Source: Candidatus Campbellbacteria bacterium
GTDB taxonomy: Bacteria > Patescibacteriota > Minisyncoccia > Phycocordibacterales > UBA1006
Assembly: GCA_002698305.1 (NCBI GenBank)
Contig: NZWR01000005.1
Coordinates: forward strand, 66,047 to 130,046
Direction: 5' to 3'
Length of the DNA: 64,000 nt
The position numbers and the translations under genes are program-made. This document shows positions 54,624 through 63,985 of this stretch, piece by piece (position 1 is the first letter of the stretch; each line of letters begins with the position of its first letter). Under the pieces are notes generated by a model. That model saw only the letters and a list, made by a program, of their open reading frames with translations, made no database searches and was not told the DNA's origin.

Positions 54624-54772
54624 AAAAATAAAAGTATATTAATTGATTAATATACTTTCATCGATTCTCTCTGAGTTTGGGTCATCAGCTGTAAATGGAG
54701 CACCGTAGAATTGCTTCTCGGTTGCTGGTAGGTCATAGAGTTACATCTCTCGCTACACTCTCGATGAAAGTA
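54623..54772 (-). promoter_or_regulatory. SAM-I (S-box) riboswitch with terminator expression platform, upstream of metK
   Basis: Minus strand: P1 CTTTCATCGA (54769..54760) / TCGATGAAAG (54663..54654). Core reads GAGAGTGTAGCGAGAGATGTAACTCTATGACCTACCAGCAACC...GGTGCTCCATTT...GAGAGAATCGATGAA, following the S-box pattern AGAG..GGAGGGA..AUGA..GGCAACC..GGUGC..AGAUGA. P3 is CCGAGAA-GCAA-TTCTACGG. Terminator is AAGTATATTAAT-CA-ATTAATATACTT plus TTATTTTT (54656..54623) and overlaps the P1 3' strand. Confidence 0.75.
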
Positions 54773-54791
54773 TTATTAGTATATACCAAAA

Positions 54792-54813
54792 TAAAAAACG
54801 CTGTAGCGTTTTT
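54792..54813 (-). terminator. Intrinsic terminator downstream of the 54820..56052 gene
   Basis: aaaaaacgct-gt-agcgtttttt. Confidence 0.6.
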
Positions 54814-54819
54814 TATTTA

Positions 54820-56052
54820 TTAATAACTTTTATTGCTTCGTGATGAATTATAATCTGTTGCTTGTTGTACTGTAGCAACAGGAATAAAAATCATGGTACC
54901 AGTTTCAAATTTCAGGTTAAGCTGTCCATCATTATCAATAGAGTAATTCTCAATCTTTGATAGTAATGCTATATATTCACTCTCAAAAGTTTCGCCTGGG
55001 CAGGCCATCTTTGTAGACAGAAGTGCACCAAAGTCTAAATCATTTCCATCAACCATATAAGCACCCCCTATGGTATTACAATCTGTTTGGGAACTAAATT
55101 GACCAGCATTACTGAAGGTTGCGATAAATGCATCTGAATCTAATGTGACATCATCTTGGTTATCATACTCTATCGTCGTCAACATCCATGCAGAACTTGC
55201 TAGCGGCCCTACCGTTTCGATAACATCTTGAGCTGCACCTTCTGTCGGAATAGCATCGCCATCTGAATCATCATCTAAGGCCTCTGGATCACCTTGACCT
55301 ACGACAATTTCAATACCCGGAATTGGGTCACCCGGAGAGCATCGAGAGCTATCGTCGCTATCATCACAATCATTATCTACATTGTCTGACTGAAAATCAT
55401 ATTTGTTTGCGCTCGGATCTCCTTGTTTATTTGATTTTAAAACCTCAACACGTCGGTACGCGTATGCACCGGCATCAGCAGGTACATTTTCTTTTGCTGT
55501 TCGCTCTACCAAAATGGTGTACTCCACCCCCTCTTTAAAATCAAAACCTTCTATACTATCGTAGAAGAGCTCACCATTCACCACAAGGCATTTCATAGGT
55601 CCAACACCAACGCAGTCAGCTTTTTCCGCTGCAATGTCGAAGGTCAGTAATGTCGAATTTTCACTATTGGCATTTTGCGTCAGGCGTATCTCATTCACAT
55701 CTGCGATAACCTCACCGTTTTGTTCAATAATTGCCTCGTCGCCTTTTGCAAAAAACACAAAACTTTGATCTGCGTTTGCGTATCGTGTTCCTGATGCTGA
55801 TTCAGTTCGAGTAAGTTCATATGTCTCCCCTTTGTATTTAACGGTTGCCTGCTCTTGCCCTCGGTAGGTAATGCGACCTTCTTCACCTTGAGCTGTTGTA
55901 AAGATGGCTTCACGTGCTTGAACCTCTGTATGTACAGAACCTGCCAATGAATCTGTCTGCTGAAGAGCTTTGTATTTGATTGCAGCACCTACCGTAACTG
56001 CAGCCAAAATAAGAATAATAAATAATAATAACGTTTGTGTCTTATTGGTCAT
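54820..56052 (-). CDS. Secreted/anchored multidomain protein (MliC-like + DUF4377-like + META/HslJ-like domains)
   Basis: TM anchor. VKYKGETYELTRTESASGTRYANADQSFVFFAKGDEA is MliC-like. GVGPMKCLVVNGELFYDSIEGFDFKEGVEYTILVER is DUF4377-like. An acidic Cys-containing linker precedes WMLTTIEYDNQ...QTDCNTIGGAY...LSTKMACPG (META). Start is taken at MTNKTQTLLL (avoids overlap with gatB). Confidence 0.6.
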   Translation of the reverse strand: MTNKTQTLLLFIILILAAVTVGAAIKYKALQQTDSLAGSVHTEVQAREAIFTTAQGEEGRITYRGQEQATVKYKGETYELTRTESASGTRYANADQSFVFFAKGDEAIIEQNGEVIADVNEIRLTQNANSENSTLLTFDIAAEKADCVGVGPMKCLVVNGELFYDSIEGFDFKEGVEYTILVERTAKENVPADAGAYAYRRVEVLKSNKQGDPSANKYDFQSDNVDNDCDDSDDSSRCSPGDPIPGIEIVVGQGDPEALDDDSDGDAIPTEGAAQDVIETVGPLASSAWMLTTIEYDNQDDVTLDSDAFIATFSNAGQFSSQTDCNTIGGAYMVDGNDLDFGALLSTKMACPGETFESEYIALLSKIENYSIDNDGQLNLKFETGTMIFIPVATVQQATDYNSSRSNKSY

Positions 56053-56098
56053 ATGACTAAGTATAGCAAATAAAAACAAGCTACTAAACAGTAGATTG

Positions 56099-57538
56099 TT
56101 ATTTTTGTAATTCTTCGACAAATAAATCAGTTAAGATTTTTGGATTACCTGCTCCTTTTGTTTCTTTCATTCCCATACCCACAAAAAATTTCATAAGTGT
56201 TTCTTTCCCGTTTTTATATTCTTCAGCCTGGGTAGAGTTATCTGCAATAATCTTTTGTACTACCGGACGTAATGCTTCTGGATCATTATCTTGTATTAAT
56301 CCCTTTTCTTCAGCGAGCTCTTGTGGATTTCCACCGTGCTGAATCATGTGTGCAAGAATATCTTTTGCCCCACGTGAGCCGAGGTCTCCTGAATCAACCA
56401 TCGTTATCAGCTGAGCAAATAACTTCGTATCCAAAGTATTCCAGACATCAATCTTTTGATCCTTTAAATCGTCTGATTTTAGAATTCCAATAATATCTGA
56501 TGTTATGTAATTTGATGCCGCGGTGATTTTCTTGGCATCACCTGCTAATTCTTGCGCAGTGTTTTCAAAAAACTGAGCCATGTCAGGTTCATTAATATAT
56601 GATTCGATATCCTCGTCCTTTAACCCATACTTAGTCTTGAAACGCTTTCGTTTTGCATCAGCCAGTTCTGGTAACTCTTGTTTCATTTGATCAAGGTCAA
56701 ATATTTCATGAAGATAGAGTTTTGGTAAATCAGGTTCCGGGAAATAACGATAGTCTTTGGCATTTTCTTTTGATCGCTGTGACACAGTGATCTCTTTTTG
56801 ATCATCCCACCCTCGCGTTTCTTGGGTTAATGTTTCTCCGTTCTCAAGAGCGTTGATTTGTCGCTGTATTTCAAATGCAGCTGCTTTTCCTGCTGCAGAA
56901 ATCGAACCAATATTTTTAACCTCTGATTTAATTCCAAGTTCGTCAGTTTTTGAGACTGATAAGTTTACTTCAACCCGCATTTCTCCCTTTTCAATATTGG
57001 CATCTCCTGCGCCAAGATAGCGTAGGAGTAACTGTAACTCGCGAGCAAAAGCCATGACATCTTCTGGTGTATGAAGGACAGGTTTAGTAACCAATTCCAT
57101 CAATGGTGCTCCTGCCCGGTTATAGTCTATGAGGGTTTTATCTTCAAGGTGTTTTGATGTAGCAGTATCTTCCTCCAAGTGAATACGTTCAAGCTCAAAC
57201 CCAGCAAGGTTTCCACCTGAAACAATAGGGTATTTATACTGTGAAATTTGGTATCCTTTTGGGATATCAGGATAAAAATAGTTTTTACGATCAAACTCAG
57301 TAAAGTTTGCTATTTCACCACCAACAGCAAGTCCAATACGGACCATGTGCTCGACTGCCTTTTTATTGATGGTCGGAAGTGTTCCTGGGTGCGCCAAATC
57401 TACAGGTGAAATATTTTGATTTGGTTCTGCATGATGTGGATCATTGAGGGACTTGGAAAACATTTTTGTCTTTGTCTTCAGGTGAGCGTGAATTTCAAGT
57501 CCAATAGTTGCGGTATAGCCTTTCATATCGATATTCAT
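56099..57538 (-). CDS. gatB: Asp-tRNA(Asn)/Glu-tRNA(Gln) amidotransferase subunit B
   Basis: TIGLEIHAHLKTKTKMFS, NRAGAPLMELVTKP and a C-terminal YqeY-like domain. An alternative start lies at 57526. Confidence 0.9.
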   Translation of the reverse strand: MNIDMKGYTATIGLEIHAHLKTKTKMFSKSLNDPHHAEPNQNISPVDLAHPGTLPTINKKAVEHMVRIGLAVGGEIANFTEFDRKNYFYPDIPKGYQISQYKYPIVSGGNLAGFELERIHLEEDTATSKHLEDKTLIDYNRAGAPLMELVTKPVLHTPEDVMAFARELQLLLRYLGAGDANIEKGEMRVEVNLSVSKTDELGIKSEVKNIGSISAAGKAAAFEIQRQINALENGETLTQETRGWDDQKEITVSQRSKENAKDYRYFPEPDLPKLYLHEIFDLDQMKQELPELADAKRKRFKTKYGLKDEDIESYINEPDMAQFFENTAQELAGDAKKITAASNYITSDIIGILKSDDLKDQKIDVWNTLDTKLFAQLITMVDSGDLGSRGAKDILAHMIQHGGNPQELAEEKGLIQDNDPEALRPVVQKIIADNSTQAEEYKNGKETLMKFFVGMGMKETKGAGNPKILTDLFVEELQK

Positions 57539-57633
57539 ATTCTTATTGTAATCAAGAAGAAGTAAAAAACAATAATATTTACAATATTAATATATATGAT
57601 ATTTTAAATGTAAATATTAACTAAAATTACTAT

Positions 57634-57999
57634 ATGATAGGCAAAGCATATTTGATATTTCCGGAAAATTGGTTTAGAGCGAAAGCAGATCCTCAGATTT
57701 CATGTGAGTTGATTGCAAGAAAAGACTTAGCAGAGAAAATACTTAATGAAAAAATTCGTGGTTTCAAGATCAAGGAAATACAATCTGAGCATCTTATAAT
57801 TCCTGATACTGGATTTATATCTGCGGAAATTTTTCAAACAAGACATAAAAAATTACGGAAAATTGCTGATGAAAATGGATATATGTATTACAGTATGACA
57901 ATCCCAAGAGAAGAGTTCTGCGAACATTTGTATCCTAAAATTATACAGGCTGCGAAACACGAGGCTGTAAAAAATAAAATACTAGAGCTTAATAACTAA
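57634..57999 (+). CDS. Hypothetical protein
   Basis: 121-aa ORF in an AT-rich divergent intergenic context. No motif recognised. Confidence 0.4.
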   Translation: MIGKAYLIFPENWFRAKADPQISCELIARKDLAEKILNEKIRGFKIKEIQSEHLIIPDTGFISAEIFQTRHKKLRKIADENGYMYYSMTIPREEFCEHLYPKIIQAAKHEAVKNKILELNN

Positions 58000-58032
58000 G
58001 AAAATCTCCCAGATACCATTTGGTACTGGGAG

Positions 58033-59010
58033 TTATTTATTTTCTAAGTATTTAATAAGTTCTTTTTTAACTTGTGCAATTGATTCGTCATCATAGGCTG
58101 ACATCACAAATATTTTTTCAGGATCTACTTTAAAAGCAAATTCGTCTTTTAGTTTTTCAATATCCTGAGCTTCTGCAGCGTCAGATTTTGACAAGAGAAT
58201 AAGTTCTTTTTTATCTAATAGCGTTTTGTCATAGGCGGCAAGTTCATTTCTAATCACATTGTAATCCTCAAAAGGATACTCTGACTCTAATGAAATAACA
58301 TGCAGAAGAACTTCTGTTCGTTTGATATGTTTCAGGAATTTGTGACCAAGACCTTTTCCATCTGCTGCGCCTTCAATGATTCCAGGAATATCTGCCAAAA
58401 TATGACCGTGCATATCTCCCAAGTGTGGATCAAGCGTTGTAAAGTGATAGGCAGCAACTTTTGATTTTGCATTGGTGAGTGCATTTAGCAATGTTGACTT
58501 ACCGGCACTTGGTAAACCAATAATTCCAATCTCAGCAAATAAGCGAAGCTCTACAAAAAACTCTGCAGTTTCTCCGGGTTTACCTGGTGTCCATTCCATT
58601 GGCGTGGTGTTGGTAGAGGATTTAAAATGTTGATTACCAAGCCCTCCTTGGCCACCCTTCAAAAGTAATATTTTTTCACCAACCGTATCTAGACTCATTT
58701 CTTCACCAGTGTTTTTATTAATAAGAACCGAACCACGAGGGAATTTAAGAATAATATCTTCTCCATTTTTCCCTTCCATACCAAGTTTACCACCAGGATC
58801 TCCTGCTTGCGCCGCAAAACTTTTTTTATGAAGATAGTAGTCTAAATACCCAAGATCAGAAACGACCTCTGCATATACATCTCCACCACGTCCACCGTTT
58901 CCACCGCCTGGACCTGCTTTTGGTTTAAATTTTTCACTACGCCAGCGGACAACTCCATTCCCTCCATCACCAGCCTTTAGCTGCAGCGTTACTTCATCTA
59001 TAAGTGCCAT
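58033..59010 (-). CDS. obg: GTPase Obg/CgtA (no C-terminal extension domain)
   Basis: Gly-rich Obg fold (KAGDGGNGVVRWRSEKFKPKAGPGGGNGGRGGDVY), G1 GLPSAGKST, G3 DIPGIIEGA and G4 SKSD. 325 aa. Confidence 0.9.
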   Translation of the reverse strand: MALIDEVTLQLKAGDGGNGVVRWRSEKFKPKAGPGGGNGGRGGDVYAEVVSDLGYLDYYLHKKSFAAQAGDPGGKLGMEGKNGEDIILKFPRGSVLINKNTGEEMSLDTVGEKILLLKGGQGGLGNQHFKSSTNTTPMEWTPGKPGETAEFFVELRLFAEIGIIGLPSAGKSTLLNALTNAKSKVAAYHFTTLDPHLGDMHGHILADIPGIIEGAADGKGLGHKFLKHIKRTEVLLHVISLESEYPFEDYNVIRNELAAYDKTLLDKKELILLSKSDAAEAQDIEKLKDEFAFKVDPEKIFVMSAYDDESIAQVKKELIKYLENK

Positions 59011-59061
59011 ACTCTACTCAGTCTAGAACTTTTGGATAATAAGTCAAAATAGGTTACTATT

Positions 59062-59220
59062 ATGAAAAATTATCGTTCTATGAGCATCGGATGTGGAGTT
59101 GAATTACCAAAAAGAGAGCCTGTTGTTGATTTTACAGAAGAGGGAGTATATTCGAAAGAAAATCACAAGGGGTTTTTATTAAATCTATTTCAATCAGTAT
59201 CAAAACTAAAAATTGTATGA
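59062..59220 (+). CDS. Small hypothetical ORF (52 aa, below ORF-track cutoff)
   Basis: MKNYRSMSIGCGVELPKREPVVDFTEEGVYSKENHKGFLLNLFQSVSKLKIV*. No support beyond the open frame. Confidence 0.2.
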   Translation: MKNYRSMSIGCGVELPKREPVVDFTEEGVYSKENHKGFLLNLFQSVSKLKIV

Positions 59221-59259
59221 AAAAGTAAAAACCTGCGTGAATAAAATCACTGCAGGTTT
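59221..59259 (-). terminator. Intrinsic terminator downstream of the MYG1-family gene
   Basis: Minus strand: AAACCTGC-N14-GCAGGTTT followed by TTACTTTTT. Confidence 0.5.
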
Positions 59260-59264
59260 GTTGT

Positions 59265-60185
59265 TTATGCTTTCAAAGCAAGTTTCGCTAATTTCCAGGC
59301 TCCTTCTTTTGATTTAGCAACTGCCATCCACCTGGCATTGTGGCAGAATAATGCATCTTCAACCCCGGTAATTTCTGCAAGTTCAGCATCACGCTTCCCT
59401 GCCCATGATTCTGGCATTGATTTTCTGTTTTCAAATGAACATGCTGTTTTTCTCATAGCTAACGCTTTCCAGTTAGTGTTACTACGACTGACAATAAACA
59501 TGACTTCTTTATGCTTATCAAGCACTCTCATTAATGAACCAATGGTCACATGGTATGGGATTTCTAAAATTCTTGTGTCTTCGGTAGCGTCATAAATCTC
59601 TTGAATTTTATCAATCATTTCAAGTCTATGTCGCGAGCGTTCAATCTCTCGTTTAATTAGTTTTTCAAAAAAACTCACAAGGTAAACAAATTTTTCATGT
59701 TGTTTTGATTCAGCTCCTGATTCTTTCCAAGTATTTTGATACGCCGAGATAATCCCATACAAACCATAATCACACAGACCAAGTTCAGTTGGATTACTGA
59801 TACTAATACCATTATCAATAGCATCTATAGGTTGAACCAACCTACGATCAATTTCTTGGCTAATTTCTTCATTACCACATAATTCAAACCCATAGTGTTT
59901 CCATATTAAGCCAAACGACGCATACGGTATTCCGTTATCACGAGTACCTGCACCTTCAGGTTGATGGTGATCATACCGCTTTAGATCGTGATCATACACA
60001 CCGCCAACATCAAGAACGATATTCGCTCGCCTAATAATATCCTTGTCACGTGTTCGAGTAATAGCGATGTTTTTACCCTGTTGTTTGTAATATAACGACA
60101 GGGCTGCGCAGGCAAACAAATCGTCTGCATGAAATGAACCATTGTGCGTTACCACGCTTATTTTTTTGTTAAATAGTGAGAACAT
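59265..60185 (-). CDS. MYG1/UPF0160 family metal-dependent hydrolase (DHH-like exonuclease)
   Basis: VVTHNGSFHADDLFACAAL and LDVGGVYDHDLKRYDHHQ are MYG1 signatures. Start is taken at MFSLFNKK. Confidence 0.8.
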   Translation of the reverse strand: MFSLFNKKISVVTHNGSFHADDLFACAALSLYYKQQGKNIAITRTRDKDIIRRANIVLDVGGVYDHDLKRYDHHQPEGAGTRDNGIPYASFGLIWKHYGFELCGNEEISQEIDRRLVQPIDAIDNGISISNPTELGLCDYGLYGIISAYQNTWKESGAESKQHEKFVYLVSFFEKLIKREIERSRHRLEMIDKIQEIYDATEDTRILEIPYHVTIGSLMRVLDKHKEVMFIVSRSNTNWKALAMRKTACSFENRKSMPESWAGKRDAELAEITGVEDALFCHNARWMAVAKSKEGAWKLAKLALKA

Positions 60186-60309
60186 AATCTTAGTATACCT
60201 CAAGAGTACTAGCAAAACTATATTTATTAGTTTTAGGGCATATAGGAAGTGTTATATAAAGAAAAAACCCAAAATAAAGCGGGTTTTAAATATGATTTTC
60301 CTGTATAAC

Positions 60310-60651
60310 TTACCTGGCAACTTTATCAAGTATCCAATTTCCTACGGTAAGAATAATTGACCCATAGACGGCATCCATAAAGGTCAGGACAACAAAGCCA
60401 TCAATAATATCTGCCACGAACCAAAATAGTAAGACGTTAACAATAAATCCAAAAATACCTAAGGTTATTAAATTTAGCGGTAATGTAATAACTGATACAA
60501 TAGGTTTTACTGCAAAATTGATAACCGCAAACAAAAGCGCCACAATAATTGTCGTACGTACAGTATCAATGCTAATACCATTAACAAGTTCAGGTAAAAG
60601 AAAATATACAATTAAACCTGAACCGATAATATGAAGTAAGAATTTACGCAT
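60310..60651 (-). CDS. Small 4-TM membrane protein, holin family IV / YvlD (DUF360)-like
   Basis: 113 aa. FAVINFAVKPIVSVITLPLNLITLGIFGFIVNVLLFW matches the DUF360 pattern. No phage genes nearby. Confidence 0.6.
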   Translation of the reverse strand: MRKFLLHIIGSGLIVYFLLPELVNGISIDTVRTTIIVALLFAVINFAVKPIVSVITLPLNLITLGIFGFIVNVLLFWFVADIIDGFVVLTFMDAVYGSIILTVGNWILDKVAR

Positions 60652-60701
60652 ACCTAGATTTTCTCATGAAAACGTAACTTTGCAAAATAAAAAACTTGGA
60701 A

Positions 60702-61151
60702 CTATCCAAGCATTTCGTCGACAACTTCTTTTACATCATTTCCATCTGCCTGCCCTTTTAATTCGGCCATCAGCGCTCCCATTAATTGCCCTTTGTTTAC
60801 ATCATCTCCTAGCTCTGCTTTTTTTGCTTCAGCTTTGGCTCTAATATCATCTTTTGACATCATTTCTGGTAGGTACTGCTCGATAATAGCAAGTTCTGTT
60901 TTTTCGTCTTCTGCTAGCTCTGGGCGCCCTGCATCTTCATATTGCTGGATCGCATCCTTTCGTTTTTTAGATTCTTTGGTTAGTACCGCCAGCGCCATAT
61001 CATCATCAGCAGGTGTATCTGGTGATTTTCCTGCTGCAACGACAGCATTTGTCATCTCTGACATCAATCCCCTATAGGTAGTAACTGCAGTCATATTTCG
61101 TTCCTTCATAGCAGCTTTCATGTTTTCTTTCATTTGTTCTTGTAGTGTCAT
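60702..61151 (-). CDS. GatB/YqeY domain-containing protein
   Basis: MTLQEQMKENMKAAMKERNMTAVTTYRGLMSE...IIEQYLP is a typical YqeY sequence. 149 aa. Confidence 0.85.
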   Translation of the reverse strand: MTLQEQMKENMKAAMKERNMTAVTTYRGLMSEMTNAVVAAGKSPDTPADDDMALAVLTKESKKRKDAIQQYEDAGRPELAEDEKTELAIIEQYLPEMMSKDDIRAKAEAKKAELGDDVNKGQLMGALMAELKGQADGNDVKEVVDEMLG

Positions 61152-61260
61152 AATGAAATAAGTTTAAAATTATTATTCCGAAGTTGCAAGTTAATTTCAA
61201 AATATAATTTAAAATCATTGATTAATTTCTATTAGGTGATTTAATTATAAAAAACGTAAA

Positions 61261-61635
61261 ATGAAGATATTTATCATAAAGCCTAGTAATTTTAAATTAA
61301 TTGAAGGTGAGGTAAGAAAAATTTTGAAAAAAGATATCCAATTTCTGAAGAAAGAGAAAATCTACAAAAGAAAGAATGGCAGATTACCAAAGATAAGTAA
61401 TGTAAGTGGTAAAAAAGTATGTAAACTTTTTATAGAAGCTCCATTATGGAAACCTGATGTGTTTGGCATCACCGGAAAAGAACTTGATTTTCAAGAAAGT
61501 GACGCGGGATACTCTCGCTTGATTTACTTACCGTATGGTACAAAAATGATTATAAATGGAAATGATATTCATTTTATTGAATTCTTTGATAATTCAAAAT
61601 TGCGCATGAGTTACTCTCTAATCGCATTAAGTTAA
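61261..61635 (+). CDS. Hypothetical protein
   Basis: 124-aa ORF followed by a clear terminator. No motif recognised. Confidence 0.4.
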   Translation: MKIFIIKPSNFKLIEGEVRKILKKDIQFLKKEKIYKRKNGRLPKISNVSGKKVCKLFIEAPLWKPDVFGITGKELDFQESDAGYSRLIYLPYGTKMIINGNDIHFIEFFDNSKLRMSYSLIALS

Positions 61636-61658
61636 AAATCCAAAACTAAAGAGACATG

Positions 61659-61690
61659 ACCTTATCATACCTGATGAGGTTTTTCTTTTA
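61659..61690 (+). terminator. Intrinsic terminator
   Basis: accttatca-tacc-tgatgaggt (9 bp with one G:U) followed by tttttctttt. Confidence 0.65.
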
Positions 61691-61716
61691 CACCAGTTCC
61701 CTGTTATAATTTAACC

Positions 61717-62436
61717 ATGAAACACACTCTTATATTTATCGACACCGAAACGACTGGAGCTGGGCCTGACGACCGATTAATCCAAATTGGCTACCGCACA
61801 ACTGACGGTAAAGATGTAAACCAACTGTACTCATGCGGGCGGAAAATAGAGATTGGCGCCATGGCCGTTCATCACATTACCGAAAAGATGATTGCCAATA
61901 AGCCTGTTTTTACTGATAGTCCCGAATACCACGACTTGAAAGATCGTTTTGAAAAAATGCAGGTTTTTGTTGCACATAATGCGCCATTTGATGTTGCCAT
62001 GATTGAAAAAGAAGGGCTTGATGTTGGGCCTGTTATTGATACTTTGAAAATTGCCCGTGCCCTCGACCCTCATGAAAAAATTGAATCTTACGCCATGCAG
62101 TACTTGCGATATTTACTAGGAATCGAAGTCGAAGCAACAGCACACGACGCCTGGGGAGATATATTAGTTTTAGAACAATTATTCTATCGCCTTTTGAAAA
62201 AAATAACTGAAGAGAAAAATATCACCCAAGATCAAGCAATTGACTGGATGATTGAAGAATCTAAAAAACCTATTCTCTACCGCAGCATTAGGTTTGGAAA
62301 ATATGCTGGTCAAAAATTTGAAGATATCGCAAAAAATGATCCAGGGTACTTGCGTTGGCTCTTAGGTGAAAAAGAAAAAGAAGAAATACCAGATGAAAAC
62401 TGGTTATACACCCTAAAACACTACTTGCATATGTAG
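61717..62436 (+). CDS. DEDDh 3'-5' exonuclease (DnaQ-like) with C-terminal DUF3820-like tail
   Basis: Exo I FIDTETTG, Exo II VAHNAPFDVAM and Exo III HDAWGDILV. C-terminus RFGKYAGQKFEDIAKNDPGYLRWLL. Confidence 0.75.
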   Translation: MKHTLIFIDTETTGAGPDDRLIQIGYRTTDGKDVNQLYSCGRKIEIGAMAVHHITEKMIANKPVFTDSPEYHDLKDRFEKMQVFVAHNAPFDVAMIEKEGLDVGPVIDTLKIARALDPHEKIESYAMQYLRYLLGIEVEATAHDAWGDILVLEQLFYRLLKKITEEKNITQDQAIDWMIEESKKPILYRSIRFGKYAGQKFEDIAKNDPGYLRWLLGEKEKEEIPDENWLYTLKHYLHM

Positions 62437-62478
62437 TGTTTTATTATATTCGAGATACAATCAATAAAAACAGATGCT

Positions 62479-62592
62479 ATGAATACAATTTATTTAGAAG
62501 ATATTATTTGGGCAATAGGTATTTTGGTTTTTGTTGTTGGGATTATTATGTTGCTTTTATATATACAACTACAAAAAAGAAAAAATAACTAA
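62479..62592 (+). CDS. Small single-TM hypothetical ORF (37 aa)
   Basis: MNTIYLEDIIWAIGILVFVVGIIMLLLYIQLQKRKNN*. Hydrophobic core plus basic tail. Below the ORF-track cutoff. Confidence 0.25.
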   Translation: MNTIYLEDIIWAIGILVFVVGIIMLLLYIQLQKRKNN

Positions 62593-62655
62593 ATAAATCC
62601 TGGTATCCCCTACCAGGATTTTTCTATGAAATTATGACCATGATATACTGTCATT

Positions 62656-63741
62656 ATGTTAAATATTGCACTACTGATCCTGGCTATCCTTATTACTGGC
62701 CTTCTAATATTTCTTATTCTTGAGGTTCGGAAAAGTAAAAAACCACAAGAGGATTCTTCATCCATGCAAATGCTGCTACAACAAATGAATGATTTGCGTT
62801 CTAATATGGATGAAAAAATTACTGGTTCACAAAAAGACATGTCCGAAGCCGTTCGTAATCAGTTTTCTGAATCTCAAAAATTAATCCAACGAATTAATGA
62901 GCAAATGTCCTCTAGTCTTCTTAACGTCACCAAAGAAATAACAGAAACAAAAGAAATGAACAAGCAAGTCTTTGACCTAGCTGGACAGTTATCTGATCTT
63001 GAAAAGGTTTTAAAAAATCAGAAAACTCGGGGTAATCTTGGTGAAATGGGACTTGAATTAATTCTTTCAAATGTATTATCCCCCTTGAATTACGAAATGC
63101 AGTACTTGTTCAAAGACGGGAAACAGGTCGACGCTATTATCAAAACAGAATCTGATAAATTTATTCCAGTTGATGCAAAATTTTCATTGGATAATTACCG
63201 AAGATTGGTGGATGAAACCGATGATGATAAACGAGCCGAAATCGAAAAAGCGTTTAAGAATGATTTGAAAAAACGTATTGATGAAACAGCTCAATACATC
63301 AGACCATCAGAAGGAACCCTTCCCTTTGCCTTTATGTTTATTCCTGCTGAAGGAATCTATTATGACCTTCTTATTAACGAAGTCGGAGCTGTTAAGGCAA
63401 ATACTCGTAACCTTATTGATTATGCCTACCATGACAAAAAAGTTATTATTGTTTCTCCAACAACGTTTAGTGCATACTTGCAATCAGTGCTCTATGGATT
63501 CAAAGCATTCCAAATTGAAAAATCAGCTGTAGAAATTCAAAAAAATGTCCAAAAGCTTGGACGCCACCTTTCTGCCTACCATGAAGTATTTGAAAAAATA
63601 GGAAATACACTAGGAACAACGGTGAATCATTATAATAAGGCCTCTAAGGAGTTAGGGAAAATTGATAAAGATATAACCAAGATTACCGGAGACTCACCAG
63701 AACTTGGCATTGACCTTATTGAAAAGCCACAAAAAGACTAA
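62656..63741 (+). CDS. rmuC: DNA recombination protein RmuC
   Basis: N-terminal TM and coiled coil, then RGNLGEMGLELIL...VDAIIKT...IPVDAKF...FMFIPAEGIYY (RmuC nuclease-like core). Confidence 0.85.
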   Translation: MLNIALLILAILITGLLIFLILEVRKSKKPQEDSSSMQMLLQQMNDLRSNMDEKITGSQKDMSEAVRNQFSESQKLIQRINEQMSSSLLNVTKEITETKEMNKQVFDLAGQLSDLEKVLKNQKTRGNLGEMGLELILSNVLSPLNYEMQYLFKDGKQVDAIIKTESDKFIPVDAKFSLDNYRRLVDETDDDKRAEIEKAFKNDLKKRIDETAQYIRPSEGTLPFAFMFIPAEGIYYDLLINEVGAVKANTRNLIDYAYHDKKVIIVSPTTFSAYLQSVLYGFKAFQIEKSAVEIQKNVQKLGRHLSAYHEVFEKIGNTLGTTVNHYNKASKELGKIDKDITKITGDSPELGIDLIEKPQKD

Positions 63742-63796
63742 TTTTGACAGAGTCTTTTTTTTATTTAGAATATATATTAAACAAACACACCAAATA

Positions 63797-63985
63797 ATGA
63801 TAAAAGTACTACGATCAATCGGAAACCTTAATCTAACAAAGAAATTTTTCAGTAAAAAAAACTCGCTACAGGTTGTACACAGAGGAGGTAGAGATATACC
63901 TGGTGTATATACAAGTAGTGAAGACGGACTTGCTCAGAGTCTTGTAGAAGGAGAACAACACACTGCTGGAGGAATTCAAAAATAA
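63797..63985 (+). CDS. Hypothetical small protein
   Basis: Start is taken at MIKVLRSIG. The track ORF start at 63704 overlaps rmuC. No motif recognised. Confidence 0.25.
   Translation: MIKVLRSIGNLNLTKKFFSKKNSLQVVHRGGRDIPGVYTSSEDGLAQSLVEGEQHTAGGIQK

Noticed and set aside
60310-60651. Holin-family protein as evidence of a prophage.
   Set aside because: No phage structural, lysis or integrase genes are adjacent. DUF360/YvlD proteins are common chromosomal membrane proteins.
289-63532. Numerous antisense or out-of-frame track ORFs inside well-supported genes (for example 289..558, 604..891, 11896..12186, 20428..20795, 46813..47199, 47221..47535, 48009..48323, 51604..51909, 60793..61077).
   Set aside because: They are fully nested in, or antisense to, genes with strong family motifs. 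Their translations are low-complexity (Ser/Ile/Phe-rich), as expected for shadow frames.
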